DNA from: Leptogorgia sarmentosa
Lineage: Eukaryota
DNA length: 64,000 nucleotides
Assembly: GCA_964658305.1 (NCBI GenBank)
Contig: OZ210884.1
Location: forward strand, 1 to 64,000
Direction: 5' to 3'
In this document: positions 62,526 to 64,000 of the stretch, one piece after another
Layout: every line of letters starts with the position of its first letter
Position numbering within the stretch: position 1 is the stretch's first letter
The notes under the pieces: model-generated
Seen by the model: only the letters and a program-made list of their open reading frames with translations
Database searches by the model: none
Told to the model about the DNA's origin: nothing
Translations under genes and position numbers: made by a program

Positions 62526-64000
62526 TTTTAACACAGGACGAAATGCACACCTATAATACACTACAAAATGCAGCTTAAAGGCGCATTTTAATGGTGTTTA
62601 GTTTCATTTAATGTCGCGATTTAAAGACTTAAAATATGTCTTTATACACCTTTTGTCGTTTACACTAAAGGTGTTAACGGTGTCATTAGCACTCCGGAAC
62701 AATATGCTACTAAAGTTTACTAATTTGATCTTTAGCATGGGCATTTAAAGGCTTCTTAAAGTGATGCAAAGCAATATATAATTACCTTTAATTTGCGAGT
62801 AATGTTTCAATAATGAGGCATTTAATTCGATTCAATCAGAGTCAATTAAAGATGATTAATAAAGGTATTAAAGATTGAGTAAAGCGATATAAAAGAATAG
62901 TTTATTATCTTCATATGTTGGTTAAATTTGGTCTAAAGACAGCTGCTATTCGCTTTCATTTCACAGTATAGGTGCAAAATGCCTAACTAAGTAGCTGTAT
63001 TTGGGCCAACATTATGTTCATAAATATCTAAACAAAAGTGTATTACTACCCGAAAAGAGCAAAGAATGGATTTATAATTCTTAGCTATAGTTAGCCCCCT
63101 TACAAAGATGAAGTGTTCATCATGGCTATGAGGAATCTGAAAGATGAATGTTTAGCATTTGCGTTATCGGCGTACGTTATATAGCTTTGGTTCAAGCAAA
63201 AGATCTCACCAAGTCAACAGTTAGTGCGACATCAAAATATTTATTTTGAAACTCTGATCAATCTTATAAATACACATACTACAATAACTACAATACACGT
63301 TTATAATAAAGTACATTGCGTTTCACCATGCAGTTGCAAGTGGAAATGAATACAACACTTCAGTTAGACATACGGCGAGCTAGCTAGCAACTTTTAAAGG
63401 GCCTGTTACACGATGCAATTTTTCTTGCAACTTGCAATGCAATTCCGCTCTTAACAGATGTAAATTAGTGAAGGCTGTTTCATTTGTGAAGAATTCAATA
63501 GGAAAATCTGATAAAGGCTCGTACGTATTTGCCAATTTCACATCTATCAACAGTGGAATTGCGTTGCAAGTTGCAAGAAAAATTGCATGGTGTAACAGGG
63601 CCTTAAGTGTGAAGTTTTTATATGACAAGTTCCATTAATTTTCCATTGTGTATGACAATTTCTATTTCCAAATTGCAACGTCATAACCAACAATGCGTCA
63701 TTCGGTCCATACCTTCACTGTTGAGGCTAGCGAATGGAATTTGTCAAATAAAATTGTGACAAAGGCTAAATTTGCCATATAAAAACTTGAAACTGTCTTC
63801 GCTGTTAGTGGCATTAAATAAACACGGCAAAGAACAATGAGTGCGAGTGTTAAAATGTGCTAAACCCCAAGTTGTCCATATGCCCAAGTACTGCTTATAT
63901 GTATCTTCAGAACATATATACTGTACATACAAGCTCACCGAGAAACATTAAGGTCCTCTACAATATTGCCTTCATTATTTTGAGCAACACATGCCCAGTC
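62526..64000. other. Non-satellite AT-rich flank with no recognisable gene
   Basis: Loss of periodicity. Only short, uninformative ORFs, two of which overlap a MITE. Confidence 0.7.
63398..63603. mobile_element. 206-bp MITE, PIF/Harbinger (Tourist-like), with ~68-bp imperfect TIRs and TAA TSD
   Basis: Left AGGGCCTGTTACACGATGCAATTTTTCTTGCAACTTGCAATGCAATTCC... pairs with right ...GGAATTGCGTTGCAAGTTGCAAGAAAAATTGCATGGTGTAACAGGGCCT. TAA at 63395-63397 and 63604-63606. The superfamily is inferred from the 3-bp TWA TSD. Confidence 0.85.

Noticed and set aside
62559..62568. CACTACAAAA resembling a CACTA/EnSpm terminus
   Set aside because: No matching inverted end or subterminal repeats seen; short enough to be chance.
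62646..62674. 8-bp stem hairpin ACACCTTT...AAAGGTGT
   Set aside because: Too short and isolated to interpret.
63380..63638. Overlapping 82-aa (-) and 68-aa (+) ORFs
   Set aside because: Both coincide with the palindromic MITE; artefacts.
63744..63938. 64-aa - strand ORF
   Set aside because: Short, with no recognisable domain or supporting gene structure.

Overview
Eukaryotic (probably animal, plausibly cnidarian; this is inference) heterochromatin-like window. About 60 kb is one AT-rich satellite with a 19-bp consensus, GATTATGATTAACGATCAT, plus 13-bp deletion variants and nested higher-order duplications. The array runs forward from 1 to ~36325, flips abruptly at a 5-bp ATCAT microhomology, and runs in reverse complement to ~62525. 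A 2055-bp DNA transposon (30494-32548) interrupts the forward arm. It has a TTAA target-site duplication (TSD), AG...CT termini, 35-bp terminal inverted repeats (TIRs) and two decayed convergent genes: a THAP-domain transposase N-terminus (- strand) and a spliced KolX / P2X7-C-terminal-like gene (+ strand). This fits an internally deleted, non-autonomous Kolobok element. Its two ends carry mirror-image subterminal modules with CRE- and YY1-like motifs. The closest uninterrupted copy of the insertion site lies just inside the inverted arm. The last ~1.5 kb is non-satellite DNA containing a 206-bp TAA-flanked Harbinger/Tourist-like MITE. I see no intact protein-coding or RNA gene. All coordinates and offsets were read by eye.
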